64,000 nt of DNA from Lingula anatina (lineage: Eukaryota > Animalia > Brachiopoda), in contig CM120642.1 of the NCBI GenBank assembly GCA_051362555.1, positions 18,290,001-18,354,000 on the forward strand, read 5' to 3'. The notes under the pieces are model-generated. The model made no database searches and had not been told where the DNA came from. It saw only the letters and a list, made by a program, of their open reading frames with translations. Each line of letters starts with the position of its first letter. Within the stretch, counting starts at the first letter, position 1. Positions 46,481 through 61,707 of the stretch are shown here, one piece after another. The position numbers and the translations under genes are program-made.

Positions 46481-49400
46481 GTGCACGCACTAACGTCCGA
46501 AAAATAGCCATCATTTTGACAGACGGACAATCTCATAAGTCGACAGAAACAAACAAGGCCGCCACAAATCTACGTGGTTTGGGAGTAGAGCTCTACGTCA
46601 TTGGTGTAGGGGTAAAAGACACAACGGAAGTGACGAACTTGGCGGGGGATGCCTCCAGAGTATTTACCACGACTGATTTCAAGAATGCGCTAGATCTGAA
46701 ACGTAATATTGGATCAGCTGTTTGCGGGGGTAAGTCTAGGTGAAAATGACCCTAATATACTTTTTGTCGGGACAAAATATCCACACACTGAAGTTTCAAC
46801 TACCGGTCGATATAAAAAATATACATGTGCAAGGTCCCATGTATGTTTTATATTGTACACTTGTGCCATTTTTCCATAAGTTTAATTTGTGTTATACCTA
46901 CACTTGCTGGTCTTGTCCATCTATAGAGAATATTCCCAGAGACTATCGTCCTAACTTTTGGATCGATCTATCTCTAAGGGAGTTCTCACTAAATTGCTAT
47001 CAAGTTAAGCGGCCTAGATGTCTCGCACGCCCACTGAAGCTGTTAGAGGGCAATTAACTATCGTTTACTGCTTCAGTAAGCGTGCCAGACATCTAAGCCG
47101 TTCAAGTTAAAGGCAACCTAGCGAGAAATCCCTTGGAGATTGGTCGATACAGTTAGGTCGATCTAGGCATGGGAACCCAGTCTATGTCTTTGCAGTAAAC
47201 GCATCACTTTAGTTACCTATTACTGTATTTCTTGTTGCTCTGACATACAAGTCTTAAACATCTTGTTTAACCATTTGTATGAATAATGCAATTGTAAAAT
47301 ACCAGTCTGCCTCACGTTTCTCTCTTTACATCACTAATAAGAACACACTGTCATGGAAAGAGTTAACACACTAGTGGAACAAAACTTGAGAACATATGAA
47401 TATTTGCATTAGTTTTGTTGTAGATAAATGTTCCACAAATGTGTGTAGAAATGGTGGCACGTGTCACAAGGGAGCTGGTGGTAAGGAACGCTGTGATTGT
47501 GCCCCCGTCTTCACTGGCGACAGGTAAGACCTCTCTGATATCCTGAAAGACTGACATTTGTATCTTTGCAAAAACGTGTTTTTTAGAGAATGGTAAAAAA
47601 CGTTACGGAATATGTTACAAAAAAGTACCAAAAGACCCCAAGTATATGATCTCTTAATGGGAACAAATGTAAAAAAAGTACGCCGTGACTTACTTGAATA
47701 TTCTATTGTGTGATTCAGATGTGAGACAAACATAAACCAATGCGGCCTCAACAACCCATGTTTGAATGGAGCAACGTGCAAAGTGGATCTCAAGACTGCT
47801 GCCGTCGTCTGCTCTTGTCCGCCTGGGTTCAGTGGGAAATTGTGTGATATTAAAGATCCCTGCGCTAGTCTTATCTGTGCCAATGGTGGAAAGTGCCTAG
47901 CAAATGGAAAGAATGCCATTTGCAACTGCCCGAAAGGGTTCGCCGGTGATAGATGCCAAACCATAATTTACTGTGCCTCACACCCTTGTCAAAATGGCGG
48001 GAGCTGTCAGGAGGGCAATGGGAAATATTCTTGTGTCTGCCAGCGAGGGTTTTCTGGGGTGAACTGTGAATTGCCCATTGACCATTGTTTGTCATCACCC
48101 TGTAAGAACGGTGCAAGCTGCTCCAGCGTTCCCGGTCAGTACATTTGTGTCTGTGCCGCCGATTTCACGGGTAAAACATGTGATAAGAAGATAGACAATT
48201 GCGCGTCCAGACCATGTCAACATGGCGGCGCCTGTGTGGATGGAATCAATGACTTTTCTTGCAAATGTCCAAATGGGTTCAAAGGGAAAACGTGTAGCGA
48301 AATCGATGGGTGCCACTCACACCCTTGCCAGAATCAGGGTTTCTGTGTCGCGGTCGACAAATTGGGAGGGTTTAAGTGTACGTGCCGTGCAGGATTCACG
48401 GGAACCAAATGTGAGAGCAATATAAACGAATGTGCATCGCAGCCGTGTGTCAATAACGCTTCATGTGTGGATGGTGTGAACTCGTTTTATTGCCAGTGCT
48501 TCCCGGGCACCGTGGGATCAACTTGTAGCATAGTCACGAACGGTTGCTGGTCAAGCCCGTGTATGAACGGCGCCACGTGTAAAGGGAGGTTTGGAGGCTA
48601 CACATGCCAATGTCCACCAAAGTATACCGGCAAAAATTGCCAAACTGAGATCAATTTTTGCGCTTCGAACCCATGTCAGAACGGCGCCACGTGCATTGAC
48701 GGGAAATCCGGATTCAGCTGCCGGTGTCTCAAACACTTCACAGGGCCTACTTGTGGGACAGCGGTGGATTACTGCGTGTCTTCGCCATGTCGTAATGGAG
48801 GCACATGTCAACGAAAACTTGGCGGCTACACATGTAAGTGCGGTGCAGCATTTCAGGGGGTTCATTGCGAGACTGCAGTCGACTTTTGCCGATCTTCACC
48901 GTGTTCAAACGGCGGCAAATGTACAAGTCAGCTGAGCGGGTACCAATGCGTTTGTCCTGCGTTGTACACAGGCAAACAGTGTCAGACACAGATCAATTTC
49001 TGCAATTCTTCTCCATGTTTGAACGGAGCAACATGTAACAGTGTGTTGGGAGGTTACAGTTGTAAATGTGGTCCTTATTACACCGGTAAACATTGCCAGA
49101 CGCAAGTAGATTTCTGCAATTCGTCTCCATGTTTGAACGGAGCAACATGTAACAGTGTGTTGGGGGGTTACACTTGTAAATGTGGTCCTTATTACACCGG
49201 TAAACATTGCCAGACGCAAGTAGATTTCTGCAAGTCGTCCCCATGTTTAAATGGCGGTAAATGTGTACCTCAGCTTGGTGGCTTTAAATGCACGTGTCCT
49301 TCTATCTACATGGGTAAAACATGCGGTATTCAAGTCAATTTTTGTCAGTCTAACCCCTGCCAGCATGGGTCCACGTGTCAGCCTAAACTTGGAGGTTATT

Positions 49401-51274
49401 CTTGTAGTTGTAACAATCATTACACCGGTAAACGTTGCCAGACGCAAGTAGATTTCTGCAATTCGTCTCCATGTTTGAACGGAGCAACATGTAACAGTGT
49501 GTTGGGGGGTTACACTTGTAAATGTGGTCCTTATTACACCGGTAAACATTGCCAGACGCAAGTAGATTTCTGCAAGTCGTCCCCATGTTTAAATGGCGGT
49601 AAATGTGTACCTCAGCTTGGTGGCTTTAAATGCACGTGTCCTTCTATCTACATGGGTAAAACATGCGGTATTCAAGTCAATTTTTGTCAGTCTAACCCCT
49701 GCCAGCATGGGTCCACGTGTCAGCCTAAACTTGGAGGTTATTCTTGTAGTTGTAACAATCATTACACCGGTAATCATTGTCAGACGCAGATAAATTTCTG
49801 CAATTCGTCTCCATGTTTGAACGGAGCAACGTGTAACAGTGTGTTGGGAGGTTACAGTTGTAAATGTGGGCCTTTTTACACCGGTAATCATTGTCAGACG
49901 CAGATAGATTTCTGCAATTCTTCCCCTTGTTTGAACGGAGCAACGTGTAACAGTGTGTTGGGCGGTTACAGCTGCAAATGTGGTCCTTTTTACACCGGTA
50001 AACATTGCCAGACGCAGATAAATTTCTGCAAGTCGTCTCCATGTTTAAATGGCGGTATATGTGTACCTCAGCTTGGTGGCTTTAAGTGCACGTGTCCTTC
50101 TATCTACATGGGTAAAACATGCGGTACTCAAATCAATTTTTGTCAGTCTAATCCCTGCCAGCATGGTTCCACGTGTCAGCCTAAACTTGGAGGTTATTCT
50201 TGTAGTTGTAATAATCATTACACCGGTAATCATTGTCAGACGCAGATAGATTTCTGCAATTCGTCTCCATGTTTGAACGGAGCAACGTGTAACAGTGTGT
50301 TGGGCGCTTACACTTGTAAATGCGGTCCTTTTTACACCGGTAAACATTGCCAGACGCAAGTAGATTTTTGCAAGTCCACTCCATGTTTGAACGGAGCAAC
50401 TTGCAACAGTTTGTTGGGGGGTTACACTTGTACTTGCGGTCCTTCTTACACCGGTATAAATTGCAAAACGCAGATAGATTTCTGTAATTCGTCTCCATGT
50501 TTGAACGGAGCAACGTGTAACAGTGTGTTGGGGGGTTACAGCTGTAAATGCGGTCCTTTTTACACCGGTAAACATTGCCAGACGCAGATAGATTTCTGCA
50601 ATTCTTCCCCTTGTTTGAACGGAGCAACGTGTAACAGTGTGTTGGGGGGTTACAGCTGTAAATGCGGTCCTTTTTACACCGGTAAACATTGCCAGATGCA
50701 GATAGATTTCTGCAATTCTTCCCCATGTTTGAATAAGGCTACCTGTAAAAGTAACCTCGGTGGCTATCAGTGTATATGTCCTTCGTTTTACACTGGCAAG
50801 CACTGTGGGACCCAAATCGATTACTGTCAGTCCAACCCATGTCAGCATGGGTCCACATGCGTTCCGAAGCTTGGTGGCTACAGCTGCACCTGCCCGGCCA
50901 CCCACACGGGAACCAACTGCCAAACCCGTGTCGACCCTTGCGCCAGCTCCCCCTGTCTTCACGGCGGTAACTGTATCACACGACTCGATGGAACCTTCCA
51001 GTGCACGTGCCAAAAAGTGTGGCATGGGGCCCGCTGTGAGCAATGCCTGTGTCAGAACGGAGGTAGATGTGACTATAGTTCCAGTGACGGTCACGTGTGT
51101 CGCTGCAAGGCGGGGTTCATCGGGACGAAGTGTGAGACTGATGAGGACGAATGCGACAGCTACCCATGCTGGAAAGGCACATGTATTGACTTGGTTAACG
51201 ACTATAAATGTAACTGTGACCCTGGTTACACAGGTAAAGACTGTGATGTCCCGCCTGGCAGTTTAATTGGTTAA
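43260..51274 (+). CDS. Secreted LamG/pentraxin-like + VWA + 32xEGF protein, copy B, ~1651 aa. Exons 43260-43323, 44156-44815, 45032-45061, 45266-45394, 46013-46180, 46481-46729, 47424-47523, 47719-51274
   Basis: Same signal peptide, splice sites and first seven exon sizes (64, 660, 30, 129, 168, 249, 100 nt) as copy A. Total 4956 nt, open frame, MIDAS intact. Confidence 0.9.
48985..50705 (+). repeat. Coding tandem array of 114-bp EGF modules (15 modules, order A2-BC-A1-BC-A2-BC-A4)
   Basis: Same A/B/C module types as copy A, read from the 47762..51274 translation. Confidence 0.92.
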
Positions 51275-54027
51275 AATATTGGCACAATAAAAACCATTTT
51301 CACATTGAGGGGTACACCTTTCAGTATGGCGCCAATTTGATAGATTGTCAATTTTGAAGCCTGGCTTTTTTGTAAGAGAGGCACCTTAACGGAGATCCTG
51401 CATTTGATATGGCCACTTTTCCGGAATAATTTTTAACTTTAATTGGTACTTTGGGGCTTGTTAAAGAGACAAAAAAAAAAGAAAACCTTGGCAGCGTAAT
51501 TACACATTAAGAGCTTTACCAGAAGACATTGGGTCTCATCTATTCGGAATAGCTTCTTTGTGACCATAGCTTAAAGTGATATTGGTCTCTTGAACTTTTG
51601 ATTGTTTTACTGGATCGATTAAATTGTTTGAACAGTTTACTGGATTTATGAAATATATAAGGCAAGGCACTTAAAGTTTAAAAAAAGAGTTTTTATATAG
51701 ACCTGCTGTGTTTATACATGGATGTACATGTGTGATGCGAAAAGATACCCCGACTGAAAGCTGCCATTGCCTGGATTTCAAACTGCTTGAGATATAAAGA
51801 CTGGTTACCACATAATCTTTTCAGAATGCCGGTGTAACGAAACTAAGAGTCCGTGTAACAGAAAGTCCGCAATTTAGTCTACCATTTAGTCATTTAGTCC
51901 GCCATTTGGCCATTTAGTCCGCCATTTAGTTATAATGGTTAGGGTTAGCCTGACTTACGTGGGTCAAAATCTAGGGCGAGGCTTACCTGTACAAATGAAT
52001 GGGAAGCGGGCTCTCTATTACGTGGGGGACTCTGTGTCACGTTACACCGGTCATGTAGGGATGAGCTAAAAGACGTGCTGTTGGAAATTAACCAACTAAA
52101 TGCTTGGTTAGTCCGATTATCGAATGACTTATATTACTTAGTGTGGTTGAAATTAGAAAAAAAAACTTAAAAATCTAACTAAGAAAAGTTGAAATTATAC
52201 CGTATGTTAAATTAAGGCTGGGATGAAGAAAGGGTTTTCGTGTGCATTTTGATTCTTTTTTAACTTTAACAAATGCGCTTGTAGTTACATTTAAGAAAAT
52301 TAAAGTTGAATAAATTCGAAAGCAATACTAGTTTTTCACTGTGCTTGTTTTTATATTCATTATTTGTATTCGATACACGAATATAGGCCAATTTAATGAT
52401 TAAAACAACAACAAGTCGCCTGTGTAATTAATACATATTATTTACATATTACACCACAGTAGCTTACAGTGAATATACAATGAATATGGCGACAAGTTCA
52501 CACAAATTTTATAAAAAATCATATTGGATGACATTTCGTTCCAATATAAATGACTGACAACATTAAGTTTCTATACCAGCACAGGGACATTGCTTGATGT
52601 GAAGTTTTCATTTTAATGGGAAACGAGGACTGACGTAAAAAGTAAATCCATATACAGCTACCAATCTATTTACGAGGAACACAATATGTTGAAAAGGTAT
52701 TTGGTAAATGAATCTCAAGTATATAACATCGCACGCTCGTCTTGCGCTTATTATGTAACGGAAACATTGCACTAAAACTACCGGCATTTCATATGAATTT
52801 CCCGATGCAGTAGTAAATACGTATTAATTGCCATCATATTTACTCAGAAATATGTATCAATCTATCTGAAAAAGAAATCGAAATATGGCGCTGTTGTCCG
52901 ACACAGCTTTATTGGATGTAGCCCATGGTCTTGTATTGGTTTAAAGCAAATCATCTGACAACACACAGGGAAAAGTGCACATCTATACTGTTCAACATGT
53001 AAATAACTTTGTATAGGGATTGATCGCACAGTCTTTTACATAGGTACCAAAAGGCATTCCTTGCAGTTTGATTTAAATATCTTAAGAAATAGGGCACACA
53101 AAACTGCATGTCTCGGGGCGTCTTACGTGCTTAGCACATATTTAAGAGGATAAATCTGTCATCTGTATACTATAAATAATGTGGAGCCCCTCATTACGTA
53201 TTTATCGCTCTAATAAAATAAGTGACTCGTCCTTTGGCAATATACATGTTTGGAACTCCTTATGGTTTTGGACTTTTCAATTAACACTTGGACGATCGCG
53301 AGTAAATGATAACATGCAAAAATATTTAATAAAAATATAACCCACATTTTACAAATAAAATACAGCTAATATAAAAGCATCATTACTGAAAGAGTTAAGT
53401 TATATCTTTTCTGATATACCAGATATCACGATATACAAAAATAAGGGTTAGTACAAAACACCTACTTTAAATATCAAGGAACAAATGTAAAACATATTAA
53501 CAAAGTATGGATGCATTCTGTTACATCTGTTTATGCTTTAAGCCGTTGTTACATAATTAGCGTAATGCACTAATAACAACAGAAACAGCAATAACTTAGG
53601 CCTAAACACATTACTTCGACTATGAAGCAAGTGTCACAGTGATGCTAATATAAAACGGGTCAGTTAAAACTTCGTCTAAAATATCACCTTAAAGGCGTAA
53701 GCGTGCGTGTGCTTGGCAAAAATTATTTCAAACAAAAACATTTTCAATTTTCACATTTACACAATCACCATCCAAGTTAATGGCTAAAATAAGAATCCTG
53801 CATCGAGTAAAGTTTGTCAATAGGGTTTATGAGTCCCCATTCCTACATTCATACTACTAATATATGTTTTCAAGTAAATCACAAATAATTATGTATATAT
53901 TACCATAATAATTATGCTTAATATTCCACATTTCGTCTTGATTTCAGCAGAGAAATCCCCACTATCAAAAATCCTAGGGACAAAATTGTATTTTAGAAAG
54001 TTATAGTAAATGCTTTTCTCCTGAAAG

Positions 54028-54202
54028 CAGCAGCCAGTTCGGCAAGAGTCAGCTGAAGAAAAGCCAGCAGCACCACCTCCAACGAAGGAAGAAAAGAAGA
54101 AAGATACTGGAGCCAAAAAGGTACCATAATAACATAAACGTTTCAAGTGTCCATTTTTTTCTACATATTTTACTTTTTTCATAATTTATCATTTTTAGAT
54201 GC

Positions 54203-54233
<31 letters not shown>

Positions 54234-54372
54234 TTCCTGACTTTGAATCTTTTTTTTTTTTTTTCATATTACCATCTAAAAATTTTTTGGTTAAAAGTTT
54301 TTACTGATAATTGCACAGTCAGTAACTTCTTTGCAGGGTTGTTTCTGCAGAGTTGTATATTTTTGAATTTGT

Positions 54373-54416
<44 letters not shown>

Positions 54417-57400
54417 AGGGGGGCTGGTTAAGTGGAATTTTCAGATGGCCTAAGGGAAAAAATGAGATGAAATTGCCAGATGACAGTAACCCTTCTGTAA
54501 GTATTTTGTTTTATTCTATGTATTCATCCTGCTTTCTTCTTTTCCACCACTCTACCTTGTCTTGGTTACTTTGAGTTAAGAGTAGAATAGTGCATTTTCA
54601 TTAGTGTGGCAACTAAATTTTACTGAAATTTAAATCTGTCTTTTAATTTTTTACTTTGAAAAGTGTGTGTTTATATCCCATTGATGTGATTAAATCAGCT
54701 GGTGGTACATACCTAGGAGGCAGCTGAGGTTCTCTGCTCCTCTAGCTGTGTTTATATTGCGTTGCAATGGTGACGGGCAACGTGTTTATTATATTTCAGA
54801 TTGTGTGGGACCCAGTCAAAAACCGCTGGGTGAACACGGATGGGGAAGAGGAGGAGACGACTGTGGCACCGCCACCAAAGGATACTGACCTTATGGGTAA
54901 GTGGAGATTTGTTTGCATTTCTTATCTGTTATACAGGCTTTACAATATAATAGATCCTTTCTTTTGATTATTGGGCTGTGATGGTCTGACAAAAATGCCA
55001 GAGTTGTAGTACATTTATTAAGCAATTGACCTTTTGCAAGATGTCAGATTATGAAAAAATAATGGAACAATTCATTTTCTTTTTCAGGCAACTATGATAA
55101 TAAAAAAAGGCTCTGATAAGTGACATATGTAGTAAAAATTTTTTTTTATAAATTGTTGCAAAAACAAATAAAAAGGCTCTGATAAGTGACATGTGAAGTA
55201 AAAAAAAATATTATTATAACTTGTAATGTTGTTGAAAAAATTCCTGACATATTCTGCATTCTAGGTGGTGCCAAGCCTGCTCCAGCTATGGCTCCACCAG
55301 GGGGCAGCACAGGTGCAGGTACAGACATGACAGCCCCACCCCCACCTGCTGGGAACAAGTTCTCACGGCCAAAAGCTAGAGGTAAGAGAATACAGACTTG
55401 AAAATTCTTGAGAAAATGTCTGAGGATCTAGATGCACAATGGCATTGAAAACTAGAGAGGTCTCTTTGGTTTCCTTAAATATTTTAAAATGCACTGAAAT
55501 GTTGTTAAATAAATTGATTTTTGTATTTTAAAGTATAATTGAAACTAATGGTGTTGACTAATTTTTTGAGAGCTTTTAGCAATTAACCACTATCTTTGAA
55601 AAGTTGTTTTATTTTTTCTCATAAGTACATAGCTATGAGTGTCTGAAAATTAGAAATCTTGAAAAGGTAAAATATTAGAAAAAGAGCGGTGTTTGAAATT
55701 TAGAAATTATTAACTTTTAAAGATTTTACTGTGTGTTGTTTCTGCCCAGGTGCCAGGAACCAGTATGTTGATGTAATGAATCCGACCAGTGCCTCTGCTG
55801 CTGATGTGTGTGTATGTGTGAGGGAGAGAGAGAGAGAGAGGGAGAGAGAGATATAGGGTCAGAACCAGGTTTATGTTGTGTTCTCTGTCAGCTAGTATGC
55901 AGTGAGATGCTTCTACACAGACAGAGCAGCGCCCTTTGCCATTAGGAATTAGCCTGAGGAGACACTGGGCTAGTGAAAATTGACATTTTATATACCACTA
56001 GCCCATTTTAAGACCTTGATTTGCCTGAAGGTCTAGTAGCCTAAAAGTTTGTAGCACAGACTGATACAGGGTATCATGATAGCAGTGTGTGAACATGTGT
56101 TATCATCTCATGTACTGGCATGCATGTAAAGAGCACGTACAAGCACGCACACCCAGAAGCATGCGTACATGTGAAGTCACATTTGCACAGAATTAAGTAT
56201 TAAACAACTTTGTAATTCCTCAAATCTCAGATTTTATTTCGATCCAGTTTCACCCCTGTGTAACCATGTCATGATTTTCAATAATATTACATGTTACCCT
56301 AGAGTTACATGTTGCATGGCTGTGGCATGTTTTTTATTCTTTTAATTATATATTATTATTGTAGTTGAAAGCCTGTGTAATGCACCTATATAACACAAAT
56401 AGTTCTAGGACGTACATTGTAATTTGTTAACAACATTAAGGTATATTTGGGGCTGGTTCCACAAATTTAAAAGATTTTAGACTGAAAGTAAGTCATACCT
56501 TTTAGATTTCAATTTTTCTTCAGTCCAGGTGTAAATATGCAGTAGTCAGCTAAAATAAAGTGACTAGAGTCTAAAGCAGTTATAGCTTTTTCTTTCCCTT
56601 TTTTATTTTGATAAAACAGTGTTATCCTGGACTAAGAGACTAAATAACAAGTCAATAGTAAGAATGAAAAAAAGCCAATTATAAGTTTAAGTGGACCACC
56701 ACTGATTTGGTTGAAAGTGGAAGATTAGGGTCTGAAATTTTAGACAAGCTTTTAGTCAAAAGATCTTTTGTGAAATATGCCCCAGCATTGTATTATGATC
56801 TCTGATTATTTGGTGACAAAACTTTTTTATCACAAATATTGAGAACAAGGTAGTAAGTTTAAAATTTTAGTTACACTTATTAAAACGAACCAAGACCAGA
56901 AAATAAATAAATAAATAAATAAATGAATGATAATTAGAAGTAATTAGGTCTGACTTCAGTATCATTACACATAGTAACTTTGCTAAAGTTATGGATGATC
57001 ACAACACTACTTGGTTCTTAGTGCTATAAAACCCCTCATCTTTAGTTTGAGAAATTTCAGCTTTACACACTGTATTCTTTATGTTTAAGTGATGTCTTGC
57101 AGCAAATTTTAATGCTTGATTATTTTTTCGTAAAGTGAATTTAAAAGAAGCATTCTCTGCCAGTATTGATGCCAGTATCTCTCTCCCCCCCCCCCCCCCC
57201 CCGAATTTATAACAAGAAAATATGGTGGGTTTGGAGGGGAGAGGGGGGGTGCAATAAAAGGCATTTTGCTTTACTGAGTACATTAATATTGCTTTATGGG
57301 TTTGTCATAGTTTCCATTTTGGGTGGGAGGATGAATTTGCCAGTTTGCACATAAATGGGTTGGGAGTCACCTAACTTAGATTGTAGCTCTTTCTAGCGTG

Positions 57401-58068
57401 ATGCTTGCTTTTATTATTATTTATTTATTATTTTTTTATTTATTTATTTATTTTTTTTTGGGGGGGGGGGGGGGCTTATACAAACACTGGTATTAAAATG
57501 TAGTTCATGGGTTAGTGCCAATAAGCAGTCTCAGCAGTACAAAGAGAAGAGAGTTTGACATGCTGAAAGTGCCCATTCTACTAGCCATGACATGTTAAAG
57601 GACTGATAGAAAAATGTGTTCAGTAATTCCAAGGAACCGGCAACAATTATAAGAATTTCCTTTTTGAATTTACAGTCAGTCTGGCAAAAAGTCCTTTCGT
57701 CTGGAAAATTTTTCTTAGTTGCCGAGCAAAATGGCTGGCAGTTTTAAAAAGGTTCAGCATGTTTGGCCCTGTTCAAAATGAGGGACTAACTAGTCCGAGG
57801 GTCAAATATGGCCGACCCACTTGAATACTTCCCCATGGGATGCTTATTCAGTGTCTATAAGAGGATTAGGCAGCACGCTTTGTAATGAGTTGCTATATTT
57901 GACCCTAGGACTAGTTAGTCCCCTTTTTTGAATGGGGCGTTTGAAGCTGCAGTAGAGTAAGCTAGCTCCATGTAACAGTAGAACTGATCCTTGCTGTCAC
58001 CCTTTCAGCTGTCGCGCTCCAGTTCCATGAGCTCTCTATCCAGAGAGGTGCAACAGTTTACTCAGGAG
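54028..58068 (+). pseudogene. SEC16: More degraded SEC16 3' fragment: exons 54028-54120, 54419-54496, 54800-54896, 55265-55381, 55750-55803 (truncated), 58009-58068
   Basis: Same motifs as the unit 1 fragment. A deletion at 55803/4 removes the equivalent of ~25954-26757, and a deletion at 60426/7 removes the terminal coding exon (equivalent of 39134-39386). Confidence 0.88.
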
Positions 58069-58492
58069 GTAAATAACGATAAGGATGAGATCTGTGCTAT
58101 ATTACATATAGTTCTATATTAATGTGTTCTTTACAAATTCTTCCTGTGGGATTTCAGTGTTGGGAGGGAAATGGGAGATCGAAGGTGACACTTAATGGCA
58201 GTGCTTTTGTGTAGTTCTACAGTATGATGTTATTTTAGACATTAACTTGCTTCGATAAAGTCTGTTTTTTGCGACAGTCTTTATTGAGTGTTTGCTTCTC
58301 TTAAAAAAAAGAAGGTTGTTTGAATTGGTTTAATGAATGATGCGAAAGCACTGACAAGGGGTGTCTTCAAAGTAGAGGTTTGACAACTGGTTTCATAAAA
58401 AAAAAAGCTTGTGTGTTTACTGTCACAGCTCTTGATAAGATATTTGTACTGATTCAGAGCCAAACCAATATTGACAGAAAAATTGAAAATTG

Positions 58493-58535
<43 letters not shown>

Positions 58536-58755
58536 TGAAACCAGTCTCTACTAGATGTTAACTTACAGGCTAATACTTCAACTTTGCATGTTATACTGCT
58601 TATAGTTTGTTATTCCTGATACTAAAAATCTATTACTTATTAACCATTCTGAGTGTTTTCAGCAAGCTGCAGGGTACTTACCAAAATATTCACCAAGTTA
58701 AACAGTTTTTCCCTGATGATCTGTTCTTTTGATTCTGTTTGGTTGGAAAATTATT

Positions 58756-58786
<31 letters not shown>

Positions 58787-61707
58787 TTTTAGCTGAGACT
58801 TGTTGGTGTTCATAAGATATTTTCATCAGTCAAAAAGATCAACATGTACATTTTTTTAATTTGGGCATTTTGTTCTGTTGGGTATGTCTCTCCATTCACT
58901 TATGTAAAATTAACTTTTCACCTTGGAAGTTTTTTTTTTTTTTTATTTGAGCCATAAGATATGGTGTCTGTACTCACCACAGACACAAAATATATTTTTT
59001 ATGTCACACTTACCTTGTGATGGTCAAATTAAAGGTTCAGTTAATTCTTCCTTTGTCACATGAAGACGATTATCTAACAGTACTGAGAATATCACATCAG
59101 TGTAACTTGTTAATAATGGTCATAATTTTCACCATTAAGTAGGCAGGTGTTATTTCATATCCTTCAATTGGCACTTTGAGGCATTATTGACTTTTACTTC
59201 ACTGCAATTGAAAAGCTGTTTTTGCACTTATTTATTGCCGTTATTTTTATGTATGATTGACATCTGTTTTTGCTACTTTAGATGTTTTATGGTAAAAGAA
59301 AGTTTGACTTGATGTATTAAAAAAATTGTGCTTGGATTGGGCACAAAATGTATGGATAATTGTCCATGTAGGTGGAAAGTCATTGGTATTGTTGTGTTTG
59401 TGTAGAGTTAAGGTGTATTTTTGGGGGTGGAACATATTTTTAGGTGGTCATGTTAAAGTTTGAGATTTTCAATATTGTAAATAGCCTTCATTTTAAATGA
59501 TAATAATTATGTTTGTTTTAATTAGTAAGCCATTGTTTGGCACAATATGTGGATGATGATAGCAGGGTTTTTATCCTGGTCATTCCACAAAAAAAAAAAA
59601 AGTTACTCTCTGAGTTGCATCCAAGATGCATACATTTTGTGTGATATTTGAATAACTGTTTGATATCACTTTTTGATTAACTGTTGATTTCTTTCCACAT
59701 TGAAGGGTATTGCACTATGACTAGTATAAAACAATGTAATTAAGGTGGTAGGACAGAATTATGCAGATGTAACACAAAATGAGAGCATCACTGATGTAAC
59801 ACAGAGAGTGGCTGTTCTTGTGGAATGACCCTTGGCATTAGTTCAGATGTAGGCTCACTTCTGAGTCCTTTCACAGAAATCTTAAGGTATCACATGTTAA
59901 ATATTGGAAATTATCTGTGAACAGCAGAAGCACGCTAATTGGTTAGTGTTCTTAGAACACCAGGATCTTTTTAAAGAAGATGAATGTTTATTATTCTATA
60001 TAGTCACTTTTCATTAACCCAGTACTTTTTCTGTTCTATTATTTCTAACCTAGTTTATCTAACATTTCATTTTTTCCTGTTTCCTGATAGGTCTTGAAAG
60101 GCTGTGGCTTTTTTAATCTCCGCTATCAGCGTACTGCACGCAAGGCATTTTACGCCCTGTGGTCTACATGTTGCTTATTACTCTTATCAGAATCACAGCT
60201 AGTTTTTTTGTTTGTTGTTGTGGCACTTTAAGTAGCAGCATGATAAATATTTTGTATGAACAATTATAAGTGTTTGTGTATTTTTATTCAAATTAATTTT
60301 CCTCAGTTTTGCAAATTGTAGCAAAAAATAAGTACATAAATAAAGATAACTAATAATAATAATAATAATAATAATGAAAATAATGAAAAAATCATAAATA
60401 TCTTTAAAAAAAAAACAGGTGATGCCTGAACTGTGTCCTCAATGAGGACTGAAGAGTATCAAATAAGAAAGTTGAACTGAATTGCTTTCTAGATTTCTGG
60501 ATTTCTTTATGCCCACGGACCTCCATATAGACTCTGTGCCATCAGCCCTTGTATTTTTTTTTCTTTTTTTTTTGGATTGTATTACAAGGTCCACTTTCAT
60601 CTCTGCTCAGTGGAGTCCAGAACATAAACAGAATGGTTGTGCAAGTGAGGAACAGTGCCCACTATATGACACTGCAGGAAATTAGACAGGATTTTGGGTA
60701 ATGTAAAGATGGAAATGTGGTCATTCATAAGACTGGCAGCACTAAGGCAAGAGATGGAAAACAAAGTGATATTCCAGGATTTCAGTGAATAAAGGGAAGA
60801 AAGGGAGGGAAAAAAAGGCTAAGCTGAGGAAAGATGATTACTCTATGTAAGCTGTTGGAGGTGAACTGAAATCATTATGCTGGTTTTGTGAACCATTTAG
60901 CTCAAGTCAAAAGTAAAGATTCAGGCAGTACATGGCTGCATAGACAGTGTAGAATATATTTAGTGGAATGAGGGAAGAACCAGGCAGAAAAGTACATGAA
61001 AAAGAGATTGAAAATTTGCAAAAGGGTGAACTAATAGCTAAATAAAACAGGGTCCATGGGCCAATTGACAGATGCGGGATTGAAAAGTTTTGGAACATTT
61101 TGGGTTTCTGAGGATGTAACTGTAAGGTTGCACAACAGGGAATACAGCCCTAAGTTAAAACCAAAAGAAAAACCATTGTTGCATTGTGAATATGTAATAA
61201 AAAGAAAGGCACCAATATATGGTAGATTTAAATGTTGTTATGCCATGACATACAGATTCTTACATAGAAAAGAAAAACCAGAATGCACAGGGAGGCAAGA
61301 GATGGATAGCTAAGTTATGAGTTAAGTGAACTTATGTTGTAGTGTGTTCTGGTTGTAGCAAGTGAATAAATAGGTTGTGTTGCATAGGATTTATCCATGA
61401 GGAGGTCACACAAATGACACCCTGACTATTGGCATCAAAATTGATTTTTTTTTCTACTGCAGCCATGGGTAGTAATGCAAGAGTATGCATCAAAATTGGT
61501 CAAGGTTGGATGTAGCCAGGGTGGTTGTTATACAACAGTTGGTGCTTACGTGAATATTTATATGAATGCTAATAAATAAATTAAGAAAAGAGGACATGCA
61601 AAATATTAAGTTTAAAGGATAATAGTGAAATGTATGTGCAGCGCTGGAAGATAGACTGCATACATTTGCTATATGACATATACATATTATATGAACCTGC
61701 ATGTACA

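Larger units (their letters stand above)
40705..61707 (+). repeat. Tandem segmental duplication, unit 2 (TE-poor copy)
   Basis: Collinear with unit 1 and provides the empty sites for the unit 1 insertions. Confidence 0.97.
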
